Of a stretch of DNA of 64,000 nucleotides, positions 1-12,566 are shown piece after piece; the first letter of the stretch is position 1; the number at the start of each line of letters is the position of its first letter. The translations under genes were made by a program, and so were the position numbers. The notes under the pieces are model-generated. The model was not told where the DNA came from. It did not search any database and saw nothing but the letters and a program-made list of their open reading frames with translations. This stretch comes from Eledone cirrhosa. Lineage: Eukaryota. Location: the NCBI GenBank assembly GCA_964016885.1, contig OZ024759.1, positions 20,088,001-20,152,000 on the forward strand. The letters are read 5' to 3'.

Positions 1-417
1 ATGTATGTGTATATATGTTTATATGTTTGTATATATGTATATATGTATGTATATATGTATATATATTTGGATATTTGTATATATGTTTGTATATATGTAT
101 ATATGTTTGTATATATGTTTGGATATATGTATATATGTATGTATATATGTATGTATATATGTATATATGTTTGTATATATGTATATATATTTGGATATAT
201 GTATATATGTATATATATATGTATATATGTTTGTATATATGTTTGTATTTATGTATGTATATATGTATATATGTATGTGTATATATGTATATATGTTTGT
301 ATATATGTATATATGTATGTATATATGTATATATATTTGGATATATGTCTATATGTACATCTGTATATATGTATATATGTTTGGATATATGTTTGTATAT
401 ATGTATATATGTTTGGA

Positions 418-465
<48 letters not shown>

Positions 466-471
466 TATATG

Positions 472-502
<31 letters not shown>

Positions 503-557
503 GTTTGGATATATGTATATATATATATGTATATATGTTTGTATACATGTATGTTTT
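1..557. repeat. (TA/TG) low-complexity tract
   Basis: Similar tracts at ~12650-13130, 14220-14775, 19755-20580, 31696-32230, 47500-48080, 55550-56320 and 59612-60230. Confidence 0.95.
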
Positions 558-859
558 TGTACAATAATAATTCCATGGTTGTTTTAATAGATATCACCAA
601 GACAAATCTGATAGACTTAAAATTAGAAATAAAATCTCTAATTAGCATAAATATTGATTAATTTAGTTAGTTAGTAGTTGCGGTGGTGGTGGTGGTGGTG
701 GTGGGGCAGGTGATTGTGGTGGTGGGGCAGGTGATTGTGGTGGTGGTGCAGGTGATTGTGGTGGTGGGGCAGGTGATTGTGGTGGTGGGGCAGGTGATTG
801 TGGTGGGGGGGGGGCAGGGGATTGTGGTGGGGCTGCCAAATAAAACAAAATTATGAATA

Positions 860-1316
860 AAGGTTTCTGATTTAGACACAAGGCTAACAATTTTTTTGTG
901 GAGGGGAAAGTCGATTAAATCGACCCAAGTATTTGATTGGTACCTTATTTTATCGACCCCGGAAGGGTGAAGGGCAAAGTTAGGCAAAGTCAGCAGAATT
1001 TGAACTTAGAATGTAAAGGGCCATAACTATGCCACGAAGCAAGTTGTCTGATGCTCTACTGATTCTGCCAATCCAATATACTGACGAAATTATGAATAAT
1101 TGTTTCTACTTTTAGGCACAAAGCCAGCAATTTGAACAGGAGGGGAAACCGATCAATCAACCCCAGTGCATTACTGGTACTTTATTTTATCAACCCTGTA
1201 AGGATGAAAGGCAAAGTTATCCGCGGTGGGATTTGAACAAAGATCATAAAGGGTCGTAACTCTATGCAGCAAAGCATGTTGTCCGACTCTCTACTGATAC
1301 TGCCAATCCACCGCCA
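860..1316 (-). mobile_element. Two tandem SINE family B copies (tRNA-like head, Meta-domain-like body)
   Basis: Reverse complements of ggcggtggattggcag...gagttcaaatcccgcc...tttcatccttacggggtcgataaaataaagtacc...gtagaaacaatt. Confidence 0.85.
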
Positions 1317-1691
1317 TTACAAAATTATCTATATATCTAAAACAGAGAATGTCTGTCTGTCTGTCTGTCTGACTGACTCTCTAAAACTCGAGAACCACCC
1401 AACCGATTGTTTTCAAACTTTACACATGTAATACTTATGGTCCTGTGAGTGTTTTGGGACTGCATTAGGCGATTTAGTGATCTCTCTCTATAATTCTTAG
1501 TCTGTCTTTTTAGATAGATACATAGCTAGCTATAACGTTGCGCTCTTATAATATCTGTCTGCATTACAACATTATGACGCTATCTGTTTATTTTTCTGCG
1601 CATATTAAAATAAAATATGCTAATTGCTGTGTAAATATTATATTATAACATGGAATATTTACCATTTCCCAATTATTTACATGCATCATGT

Positions 1692-2034
1692 GGAGGCACA
1701 TGGCTTAATGGTTAGAGTATTGGCCTTGCAATCGAAAGGTTGTGAGTTCAATTCTCAGACCGGGTGATGTGTTGTTTCCTTGAGCAAGACACTTTATTTC
1801 ACATTGCTCCAGTTTACTCAGCTGTAGAAATGAGATGATAGGGACTGGGGTCCCTATCATTCCACTGCAAAGTGGTCGTGAAGGTGCCACGGCAAAAAAG
1901 CACCCAGCACTCACTGTAAATGAGGTTGGTGTTAGGAAGGGCATCCGGCTGTAGAAATCAAGCCAGAATCAGTTCCCGTCCCACCCTTGCAAGCAGGGAA
2001 ACGCGGACGTAAAATGATGATGATGATGATGATG
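1692..2034 (+). mobile_element. SINE family A: tRNA head, CORE-like body, RTE-derived tail
   Basis: A box tggcttaatgg, B box gagttcaattctc, CORE-like ccttgagcaagacactt...cagtttactcagctgtagaaatg, tail ccacccttgcaagcaggg...(GAT)n shared with RTE 3' ends. Confidence 0.9.
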
Positions 2035-2174
2035 AGTGTGTAACGTTTTTCGAAACATTTACTTCTGCGTTCACAGATTGATTTTTTAGGTTTCAGAAGA
2101 TCCTATTAAGGGTGAAAGCAGTGATTCTTTGTTTAAACTTTAATCTGTTATTTTAATATATATATATATATATG

Positions 2175-2390
2175 GGTGAAGAAGTGCCAGGAAATGCCAG
2201 TTGAAGGAAGACGTGGTAGAGGTAGACCACGAAAAACATGGGCGGAGGTGGTGAGAACAGACCTCAGATCGCTGAAGCTCACGGTGGAGATGACGAAGGA
2301 CCGTGACAAGTGGAGAGATGCTGTGCTGAATAAGACCCGTCCCACCCTTGCAAGCAGGGAAAAGCGGACGTAAAATAATGATGATGATGA
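2175..2390 (+). mobile_element. RTE-clade LINE 3' fragment
   Basis: VKKCQEMPVEGRRGRGRPRKTWAEVVRTDL...DRDKWR and a (GAT)n tail. Confidence 0.9.
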
Positions 2391-2648
2391 TATATATATA
2401 TATATAATTATATATTCGTGTGCAGATATTTTTGCATACACAATAACAAAATATAAAACAAACGTATTTATTTCACAAGGCTCGATAAAGATAAATATAT
2501 ATCAAATATATAAGAACCCTAGAGCAAATCCTGAGCAACGCCGGGCTATTCTACTAGTAAATAATAAAAATGAAAAATTAAAGAAAAGAAATACCAAGTC
2601 ATCTCTTTGTGGCAAATAAAGGAAATTATTTATACAGGTACACTGGGA

Positions 2649-2885
2649 GGGCGGTGGATTGGCAGAATCAGTAGAGGGTCAGGCAACATGATTTGTGGTA
2701 TAGAGTTACGTCCCTTTATGTTCTGAGTTCAAATCCCGCCGAGGTTAGCTGTACCTTTCATCCTTACGGGGGTCGATAAAATAAAGTACCAGTAATGTAC
2801 CGGGGTTGATTTGTTTAGTCACCCTCCCCCCACTCACCCACCCATCCAAAAAATAGCTGGCCTTGTGCCTATATCAGAAACCAGT
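2649..2885 (+). mobile_element. SINE family B copy
   Basis: Same consensus as other B copies. Confidence 0.85.
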
Positions 2886-3039
2886 ATCATTGTTATCACA
2901 CAGTGTATATTATTATTATTAGTAGTAGTAATAGTAGTAGTAGTAGTGGTAGTAGTGGTGGTGGTGGTGGTGGTAGTAGTAGTAATAGTAGTAGTAGTAG
3001 TAGTAGTGGTTTTGAAGACACAAATTCACCCGGACATGC

Positions 3040-3915
3040 ATCTCCACACACCACCCACACATCCACACACACCACACACACACTACACACCACACACACC
3101 ACTACACAGACACACACTCCACACACTACACAATACACAGACACACACTACACACATCCACACTACATCCACACACACCACACACACACTACACACCACA
3201 CACACCACACACACACTACACACCACTACACAGACACACACTCCACACACCACACACTACACAATACACAGACACACACTACACACATCCACACTACATC
3301 CACACACACCACACACACACTACACACCACACACACCACTACACAGACACACACTGCACACACCACACACTACACAATACACAGACACACACTACACACA
3401 TCCACACTACATCCACACACACCACACACACACTACACACCACTACACAGACACACACTCCACACACTACACACTACACAATACACAGACACACACCCAC
3501 ACTACATCCACACACACCACACACTACACACCACACACCACACACACCACTACACAGACACACACTCCAGACACCACACACTACACAATACACAGACACA
3601 CACTACACACATCCACACTACATCCACACACGCCACACACACACCACACTTACACTACACACCACATACCACTACACAGACACACACTACACACACCACA
3701 CTACACAGACACACACTACACACACCACACTACACAGACACACACAGACACACACTACACCACACTACACCACACTACACCACACTACACCACACACACA
3801 CTACACCACAACACACCACACCACACTACACCACACACACACTACACCACACACACTCCACCACACACACCACTACACAGACACACACTACACACTACAC
3901 ATACCCACACCCACT
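3040..3915. repeat. (CA)-rich degenerate minisatellite
   Basis: acacaccacacactacacagac units. Confidence 0.9.
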
Positions 3916-4214
3916 TACACGTCTACCAGTACATGGTTAGTTAATTTGACACATCGATCAGATTGTAACAATAGCAATTAAGAACTAATTATGTTGTTTA
4001 TAGTCATTTATTAGTTGTTGTTATTGTTATGGTTGTTGTTGTTGTTACTGTTGGTGTTGTTGTTATCGTTGTTCTTGTTGTTATCGTTGTTGTTATTATT
4101 GCTATTATTTTCATTGTTGTTGTTGTTATTATTTTTATTATTGTTGTCATTGTTATCCTTGTTGTTGTTGTTGTTGTTCATTTATTATTGTTGTCGTTGT
4201 TGTTGTTGTTATCG

Positions 4215-4251
<37 letters not shown>

Positions 4252-4752
4252 CGTTGTTGTTGTAGCTTTTGTTGTTGTTGTTGTAGCTTTTGTTGTTGTT
4301 ATTGTTTTTCTTGTTATTATTTTTGTTATCGTTATTGTTTTGTTGTTGTTATCATTGTTGATATTTATATTTTTATTTTATTTTTTACACAGAGCAAGAG
4401 AATGAATGAAAGAGAGAGAGAGAGAGAGAGTGAGTGAGAAAGAAAGAGAGGTGGTGGTGGGGGAATTTAATTGTGATTTGGGCAATAAGAAAATTAAGTT
4501 ATCGAAAATCTAATTGGTGAATTAAAATTTACCCCAGTCTTGGAGTTGAGGGTGGGGCAAAGGTTATTTTATTATTATTTTATTCTTTCATTCTTTTACT
4601 GGTTTCAGTCCTTAAACTGTGGCCATGCTGGAGCAACACAGACATTTTACAAGATCATACAACCTCTCTCTCTCCCTTACCCCATCTTGTACATATCTTT
4701 TAAATGTCTGGTATTTATTTTATTGATCACTTCTTTTGTTGAACTGATAATT

Positions 4753-4796
<44 letters not shown>

Positions 4797-4886
4797 ACAC
4801 AGACATATATATATATATAAGGGCGGTGCCCCAGCATGGCCTCAGCTGGATGGCTAGAACAGGTGAAAGAGTATATATATATTATT

Positions 4887-5197
4887 GGCTTAGTGGTTAG
4901 AGCATTGGCCTTGCAATCGAAAGGTTGTGAGTTCAATTCTCAGACCGGGTGATGTGTTGTTTCCTTGAGCAAGACACTTTATTTCACATTGCTCCAGTTT
5001 ACTCAGCTGTAGAAATGAGAAGATAGGGACTGGGGTCCCTATCATTCCACTGCAAAGTGGTCGTGGAGGTGCCATGGCAAAAAAAAGCACCCAGCACTCA
5101 CTGTAAATGAGGTTGGTGTTAGGAAGGGCATCCAGCTGTAGAAATCGCGCCAGAATCAGTTCCCGTCCCACCCTTGCAAGCCGGGAAAAGTGGACGT
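4887..5197 (+). mobile_element. SINE family A copy
   Basis: Near-identical to 1692-2034; lacks first bases and GAT tail. Confidence 0.9.
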
Positions 5198-5427
5198 AAC
5201 CACTAAGCCATGTGCCTATATATATACACACAAAACTAATAAGACTGTGTTTTGGCATCTCTCTGTTTGTCTTATCTGTTCTTGAACTATATATATTATA
5301 TATAAATTATACATGAAATGTGTGTAATATATTTATGAGAACATAAAATATAAGCGAGCTGAAAATTTCAGAAATTCTATATATCATTTTTAATGTGCAT
5401 TTCTAAACATTGTGTCTTTCTCTGCAG

Positions 5428-5532
5428 GATCTGGTGCAGCTGCTTCTTGCAGAGTATCTTGGCAGTAACAGTTGCTATGAGAAACAGATGGCTTGTAGTA
5501 TTCTTTCCAAACTTTGCAGCCACATGAATAAG
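5428..5532 (+). CDS. HEATR4: Internal coding exon of a HEAT-repeat protein, HEATR4-like (DLVQLLLAEYLGSNSCYEKQMACSILSKLCSHMNK)
   Basis: Acceptor tgtctttctctgcag| and donor AAG|gtaagc; 105 nt, phase 0-0, open frame. Peptide resembles the HEATR4 segment as I recall it (LVHSLLAVELNS..WKNRIVACQAFSRI). Joins in frame to the exon at 35375. Confidence 0.85.
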
Positions 5533-5648
5533 GTAAGCTGTGAAAAGAGTTTCTCCAAAATTATTGTCTATATTTATCACTGATCTGCTTCTTACGTAAG
5601 CTAATAAAGAGAGCAGGAAGCCAGTTTTTGAAAGACTGCAATATATAT

Positions 5649-5689
<41 letters not shown>

Positions 5690-5759
5690 AATACACATCT
5701 AATATATAAATACGTCTAACCCATGCTAGCATGGAAGATGGATGTTAAACCATGATGAT

Positions 5760-5798
<39 letters not shown>

Positions 5799-5935
5799 AG
5801 TAGAAGTGGTATTTAATTTGTTGGAAGTCTGACAAACATAAATGTTTATAACTGATTTAGAGCACTCAACAGTTTACTGGAGTAAATATTCAATGATATT
5901 AAATAAATGGAAACTATATTTATAAAACCATATTC

Positions 5936-5999
5936 ATTTTATTATATATATTTCAAGGGTAACCAAGACAACATTGGTACGCTTTCATCAGATAAAATA
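5936..5999 (-). ncRNA. Hammerhead motif H1, mirror copy
   Basis: Inverted copy in the left arm of the 5892-6222 palindrome. Confidence 0.8.
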
Positions 6000-6114
6000 C
6001 AAAGTTTGTTTTATAAATAGAGACATACCCATGAAAATCATACTTTATCAGTGAATTTCCAACCGATAAGGTATGATTTTCATGGGTATGTCTCTATTTA
6101 TAAAACAAACTTTG

Positions 6115-6179
6115 TATTTTATCTGATGAAAGCGTACCAATGTTGTCTTGGTTACCCTTGAAATATATATAATAAAATA
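6115..6179 (+). ncRNA. Type I hammerhead ribozyme motif (family H1)
   Basis: TATTTTAT-CTGATGA-AAGCGTACCAA..TTGGTTACCCTT-GAAA-TATATA-TA-ATAAAATA; 8 bp stem I; predicted cleavage after 6171. Confidence 0.8.
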
Positions 6180-6240
6180 AATATGGTTTTATAAATATAG
6201 TTTCCATTTATTTAATATCATTATATATATATATATATAT

Positions 6241-6577
6241 CATCATCATTTCATTTTACGTCCGCTTTTCCCTGCTTGCAAGGGTGGGACGGGAACTGAT
6301 TCTGGCTTGATTTCTACAGCTGGATGCCCTTCCTAACACCAACCTCATTTACAGTGAGTGCTGGGTGCTTTTTTGCCATGGCGCCTCCACGACCACTTTG
6401 CAGTGGAATGATATGGACCCCAGTCCCTATCATCTCATTTCTACAGCTGAGTAAACTGGAGCAATGTGAAATAAAGTGTCTTGCTCAAGGAAACAACACA
6501 TCACCTGGTCTGAGAATTGAACTCACAACCTTACGATTGCAAGGCCAATGCTCTAATCACTAAGCCATGTGCCTCCA
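6241..6577 (-). mobile_element. SINE family A copy
   Basis: Full-length reverse copy within (TA)n. Confidence 0.9.
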
Positions 6578-6701
6578 TATATATATATATATAAATTATT
6601 TGTCTCTAGCATTCAATGAAGAGAAGCAACTAAATATTAAACTTAAGCCAAAATCTTGATATATATATATATATAAAGGGAGGAAGACATTGATAGGTTT
6701 A

Positions 6702-6754
<53 letters not shown>

Positions 6755-7109
6755 AAGTATTGCACCAAAAACAATATAAAACGTTGGCGTGAAGAAGATT
6801 AGGAATTTATTTGCTTTAATATAATGTTTCCATGTTTATTATAATTGTCTACATATGGTAACTACAATATATATATTGTTCAATCATTTGCAATAATTAA
6901 TTATCTATTACTCTTCATCAGAAAGCCTATAGTAGTGGAAGTCAACTATTAACTATGCAGTGCAATTCAGCATTCATATATATATATATATAGTAAAAAC
7001 TTGGTAAAAATACTTAAAGGGTCAGAACATTCTGTTAGTGAGACGAGTTGTGAAATACAGTTAAATTGCAATCATTGCACTAATCTAATTTAATCATATA
7101 TATATATAT

Positions 7110-7480
7110 CCACACTGTAAAGCAGTTGTGTACATGTGATGACAAAAGCGCCCAGTCCACATTGTGAGTGGTTGTGTAGGTGTCACGACAAAAAGCACTC
7201 AGCCCACACTGTAAAGTGGTTGTGTAGGTGTCATGACAAAAGCACCCAGTCCACACTGTAAAGCGGTTCTGTAGTTGTCACGACAAATAGCACCCAGCCC
7301 ACACTGTAAAGCGGTTATGTAGGTGTCACAACAAAAATCACCCAGTCCACACTGTCAATGTGGTTAACGTCAGGAAGGGCATCCAGCCATAGAAAACCAG
7401 CCAGAAACACTCCTATATGAGCAAGACATGGTCACCCAACCCAACTTGCCTCTAAATGGGACAAACCTGTCTAACCAATG
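7110..7480 (+). mobile_element. SINE-A-related element with internal ~48 bp repeats
   Basis: aggaagggcatccagcc motif; relatives at ~32555-32810 (-), ~33315-33500 (-) and ~57330-57575 (+). Confidence 0.65.
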
Positions 7481-7489
7481 CGTACACCA

Positions 7490-9082
7490 CAGCCTTAGGT
7501 ATATTTAACACCTGTAGTAAGGTTCTCGCTGTGCCAAGCAAATCAGCTTTCTGTAGAGTCAGGTGATTCAGCCTGAATATTCAATACTTTCAACCACCCA
7601 TTCAAACTTTTGGTCATTTTATTCTAAGGTATATGTAGCACCTTTTTGAAGGTTCTTGCTGTGCCAAGCAAACAAGCATTTCTATTCAAACTTTTGGCCA
7701 TTTTATTCTAAGGTATATGTAGCACCTTTTTGAAGGTTCTTGCTGTGCCAAGCAAACAAACATTTCTATTCAAACTTTTGGCCATTTTATTCTAAGGTAT
7801 ATGTAGCACCTTTTTGAAGGTTCTTGCTGTGCCAAGCAAACAAGCATTTCTATTCAAACTTTTGGCCATTTTATTCTAAGGTATATGTAGCACCTTTTTG
7901 AAGGTTCTTGCTGTGCCAAGCAAACAAACATTTCTATTCAAACTTTTGGCCATTTTATTCTAAGGTATATGTAGCACCTTTTTGAAGGTTCTTGCTGTGC
8001 CAAGCAAACAAGCATTTCTATTCAAACTTTTGGCCATTTTATTCTAAGGTATATGTAGCACCTTTTTGAAGGTTCTTGCTGTGCCAAGCAAACAAACATT
8101 TCTATTCAAACTTTTGGCCATTTTATTCTAAGGTATATGTAGCACCTTTTTGAAGGTTCTTGCTGTGCCAAGCAAACAAGCATTTCTATTCAAACTTTTG
8201 GCCATTTTATTCTAAGGTATATGTAGCACCTTTTTGAAGGTTCTTGCTGTGCCAAGCAAACAAACATTTCTATTCAAACTTTTGGCCATTTTATTCTAAG
8301 GTATATGTAGCACCTTTTTGAAGGTTCTTGCTGTGCCAAGCAAACAAATATTTCTATTCAAACTTTTGGCCATTTTATTCTAAGGTATATGTAGCACCTT
8401 TTTGAAGGTTCTTGCTGTGCCAAGCAAACAAGCATTTCTATTCAAACTTTTGGCCATTTTATTCTAAGGTATATGTAGCACCTTTTTGAAGGTTCTTGCT
8501 GTGCCAAGCAAACAAACATTTCTATTCAAACTTTTGGCCATTTTATTCTAAGGTATATGTAGCACCTTTTTGAAGGTTCTTGCTGTGCCAAGCAAACAAG
8601 CATTTCTATTCAAACTTTTGGCCATTTTATTCTAAGGTATATGTAGCACCTTTTTGAAGGTTCTTGCTGTGCCAAGCAAACAAACATTTCTATTCAAACT
8701 TTTGGCCATTTTATTCTAAGGTATATGTAGCACCTTTTTGAAGGTTCTTGCTGTGTCAAGCAAACAAGCATTTCTATTCAAACTTTTGGCCATTGTATTC
8801 TAAGGTATGTTTAGTACCTTTTGTAATGTTCTTGCTAAGCCAAACAAACAGATGTTTCTGTAGAGTCAGGAAATCCAACTTTAATACCCAACTTCATCAA
8901 CCAACCTTTCAGTATTCCAACCCCTAGCCACTCATCCCTAAAGCCCCTAATACAATTGGGATGATAATAACTCTATAGCCATTCCTGGTTCTCTGTATTC
9001 TGTATTTCCGGTCTTGGAACTTTCCTATTTCCTCACATTCTTTGTCTACTTCTCTCGTATCAAATGAGCAAGCAACATCAAT
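7490..9082 (-). mobile_element. R4/Dong-type non-LTR retrotransposon 3' remnant (restriction-like endonuclease end)
   Basis: Minus strand encodes DVACSFDTREVDKECEEIGKFQD...IIPIVLGALG and LQKADLLGTARTLLQVL, the REL C-terminal signature. Confidence 0.75.
7601..8860. repeat. 84 bp minisatellite, ~15 copies, derived from the R4/Dong 3' end
   Basis: ttcaaactttt recurs at 7601, 7685, 7769 and onward; alternating aagcatt/aaacatt variants. Confidence 0.95.
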
Positions 9083-9099
9083 TAACCAAAGCACTCTTT

Positions 9100-9244
9100 C
9101 CTATCATCATCATTACTATCACCACCACCATCATCTTCATCATCATCATCATCATCCTCATCATCACCACATCACCACCACCACCATCATCTTCACCATC
9201 ATCACCACCACCACATCACCACCACCACCATCATCTTCATCATC

Positions 9245-9290
<46 letters not shown>

Positions 9291-9732
9291 CCACCATCAT
9301 CATCACCATCATCACCACTATCATCATCATCACCATCATCACCACTATCATCATCATCACCATCATCACCACCACCACCATCTTCATCATTATCATCATC
9401 ACCGCCACATCTTCATCACCACCATTACCGCCATCATCATCATCATCACCACTGCCATCGTCACCACCACCACCACGACCACCATCACCACCACCATCAT
9501 CATCATCACCATCATCATCACCATCAACACCATCATCATCATCACCACTGCCATCGTCACCACCTCCACCACCACCATCATCATCATCACCACCTTCACC
9601 ACCACCATCACCACTACCATCATCATCACCATCACCACCACCATCATCATCACCACCATCACCATCATCATCATCACCACCATCATCATCACCATCACCA
9701 CCATCATCATCACTACCATCACCATCATCACC

Positions 9733-9766
<34 letters not shown>

Positions 9767-10036
9767 TCATCACCACCACCATCACCATCACCACCATCAT
9801 CACCACCACCACCATCATCACCACCACCACCATCATCACCACCACCACCATCATCACCACCACCACCATCATCATCACCATCATCATCATCACCATCATC
9901 ACCATCATCACCATCATCACCACCACCACCATCACCACCATCATCATCACCATCATCATCATCACCATCATCACCATCATCACCATCATCACCACCACCA
10001 TCACCATCACCATCATCACCACCACCATCATCATCA
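9100..10036. repeat. (CAT/CAC)n low-complexity tract
   Basis: Similar tracts at ~14850-15180, 20800-21730, 30940-31510, 34440-35345 and 40550-42460. Confidence 0.95.
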
Positions 10037-10136
10037 TTTGTGATTTTTCATTTTCCTTCAGTTTTGTTTCCATTTCTTGCCGAGTATCTGCCTGACACCC
10101 AGGGCAGAGAAACTCACTGCATACATTGATTATTAG

Positions 10137-10342
10137 ATTGGAAGTATCAGTAGAGCGTCAGACACCATGCTTTGCAGCATAGAGTTACGGTCCTTTACGT
10201 TCTGAGTTCAAATCCCGCTGAGGTTAACTTAGCCTTTCATCCTTCCAGGGTCGATAAAATAAAGCACCAGTAATGTACTGGGGTAGATTTAATCAACTTT
10301 CCCCTACTCTTCAAATTGCCAGACTTGTGCCTAAAGTAGCAA
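10137..10342 (+). mobile_element. SINE family B copy
   Basis: Same consensus; a further 3' fragment lies at ~10822-10912. Confidence 0.85.
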
Positions 10343-10404
10343 TCATCATCATCATCAATAATAATAATAATATAATATTATTATTATTATTATTATGATT
10401 GACT

Positions 10405-10790
10405 TTTTCCAATTTCATTTGAAAAGGAAAATCAGGGTAGAGAGGGAAGTGCTCTCTTCCCAGCATTTTGTTGAAAGATGGGTGAGAGAGGCAAGTATGG
10501 CCCGCGTGAATGGGCCTACTCTGAGTATGTGTCTGTAAATTAAAGGTGGGAAACTGGGAGAGGGCACTTGACCTGGTGGTCAGGGTCACTGTGGTCTTTT
10601 AATGGGCTTTCTCCACAAATGTCCCTCCGAAGTCTCCCCCCTATTGGGGAATTTTTCATTGTTATTTTTTTTATTACATCCTCTGTTTTTGTTTTTTTAC
10701 ATGCAGAAATGCCCATTTGTACCGTCCTGTATTGTCCTGTACTGTCCTTAATGTCTACTTTATGTAAACCCTTGTGGTTAATAAAGAAAA
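10405..10790 (+). mobile_element. Tx1-like 3' end within an (ATT)n tract
   Basis: FHLKRKIRVEREVLSSQHFVERWV parallels FRRRIRVERESLHPSKFTERWV; ccccctattgggga motif. Confidence 0.7.
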
Positions 10791-10791
10791 C

Positions 10792-10822
<31 letters not shown>

Positions 10823-11782
10823 TGCCTTTCATCCTTACGGGGTCGATCAAATAAAGTACCAGTAATGTACTGGGTAATTGCTGGCCTTGTGCCAATAGTA
10901 GAAACAATTATTATTATCATGATGTGATATATACTTACTTTGGCATCCATTCTGTTCTAAGATATTCTCTAAAGTTTGTCTGCCATGATTAGCTGATGCA
11001 CAGCATTTTGTGCAGTGATGCATTTAACGCCAACATGCATCAAACTGAACCATCAAGAAAATAGGTTACTACTGCTGTTGTTGTTATTGTTGTAGTTGCA
11101 GTTGTTGTTATTGTTACTGCTGTTGTTGTTAGTGTTGCTGTTGTTGTTAGTGTTGTTATTGTTGCTGTTGTTGTTAGTGTTGTTATTGTTGCTGTTGTTG
11201 TTACTGTTGTTACTGTTGTTGTTAGTGTTGTTGTTGTTAGTGTTGCTGTTGCTGTTACTGTTGTTAGTGTTGTTGTTGTTAGTGTTGCTGTTGTTGTTAT
11301 TGTTGCTGTTGTTACTTCTGTTTCTACTGCAGTAGTTGTTGTGGTTGTTGGTGTTACTGTTGTTGTTATTGTTGCAGTTGTTACTTTTGTTATTACAGCA
11401 GTGGTTGTTTTTGTAGTTATTGTTTCTGTTGTTGTTACTGTTGTTGTTACTGTTGTTGTTATTGTTGTAGTTGCTGTTGTTGTTACTGCTGCAGCTATTG
11501 TTATTGTTGTTGTTACTTTTTTACTGCTGCAGTGGATGTTTTTGTTGTTGTTGGTGTTGCTACTAAGCCATTGACATACAACAGTTCCTATACCCTACGT
11601 AAGGACCTAGAGCACTCTATCAAATAGAAGAGGATCAAGAACCAAACTTTGGTTTACACCTCCCTACACCCTAATTTCACCAATGATCTCATTGTCAACT
11701 CCCATTTGCATTCACCTGCATCTAGTTTTCTTAAACACCTGCAAATCCCATATATACATGTGTGTGTGTGTATATACATGTG

Positions 11783-11824
<42 letters not shown>

Positions 11825-11827
<3 letters not shown>

Positions 11828-12083
11828 TCATCATTTTCCTGTCCACTTTTCCCTGCTTGCAAAGGTGGGACGGGAACTGATTTTGGCTTGATTTCTACAG
11901 CTGGATGCCCTTCCTAACACCAACCTCATTTACAGTGAGTGCTGGGTGCTTTTTTGCCGTGGCACCTCCACGACCACTCTACAGTGGAATGATAGGGACC
12001 CCAGCCCCTATCATCTCATTTCTACAGTTGAGTAAACTGGAGCAATGTGAAATAAAGTGTCTTGCTCAAGGAAACAACACATC
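11825..12083 (-). mobile_element. SINE family A copy, 5'-truncated
   Basis: Body and tail only. Confidence 0.9.
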
Positions 12084-12122
12084 AACCTACATATATATAT
12101 ATACATATATGTGTGTATGTCT

Positions 12123-12164
<42 letters not shown>

Positions 12165-12209
12165 CATATATATACACACATGACAAGTACGTGTGTATGT
12201 GTGTGTATG

Positions 12210-12241
<32 letters not shown>

Positions 12242-12530
12242 TATACAAAAATAGAGAGGGAGAGTGTGTGTGTGTCTGTGCATGCCTATAAGAATTCCAA
12301 ATGCAGAAGATAACTGTAACCTCAATAGCTGGGGGTTTAACCCTGCAATGGACTGGCATCCTGTTCAGGGGGAGTCTTGTACGCTCAGTAGTTTCACACC
12401 ATGAGGCAGAGATAAACACCTGCCAAATGAGTCTTCTAGCTTAAGACAGACTTTAAACTTTAGATATATATAAACATATATATGTGTGTGTGTGTATATA
12501 TATATATATATAATCTTATTTTTCATTCTT

Positions 12531-12566
12531 TCTTCTGATGAAGGACTAGCATCAGAAACGTTAAGA
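12531..12566 (+). ncRNA. Minimal, dimer-type hammerhead-like motif with weak stem II
   Basis: TCTT-CTGATGA-aggactagcatca-GAAACGTT-AAGA. Confidence 0.4.

Larger units (their letters stand above)
1328..2557 (+). mobile_element. Non-autonomous Helitron with nested SINE and RTE fragment
   Basis: A|TCTATATATCTAAAA 5' end, internal (TGTC)n, subterminal imperfect hairpin cctgagcaacgccggg, CTAG|T 3' end; inserted in an A|T site. Confidence 0.75.

Noticed and set aside
1692-1762. tRNA gene
   Set aside because: Head of SINE A, continuous with the SINE body in all copies.
6811-6926. Possible minus-strand hammerhead (gcttt-CTGATGA...GAAAC..aaagc)
   Set aside because: No credible stem II; similar weak cases at ~47245-47306 and ~60560-60645 were also not called.
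7601-8860. CRISPR-like appearance of regular arrays (also 16558-18022 and 35586-37388)
   Set aside because: No unique spacers, no cas genes, eukaryotic context; these are tandem repeats.
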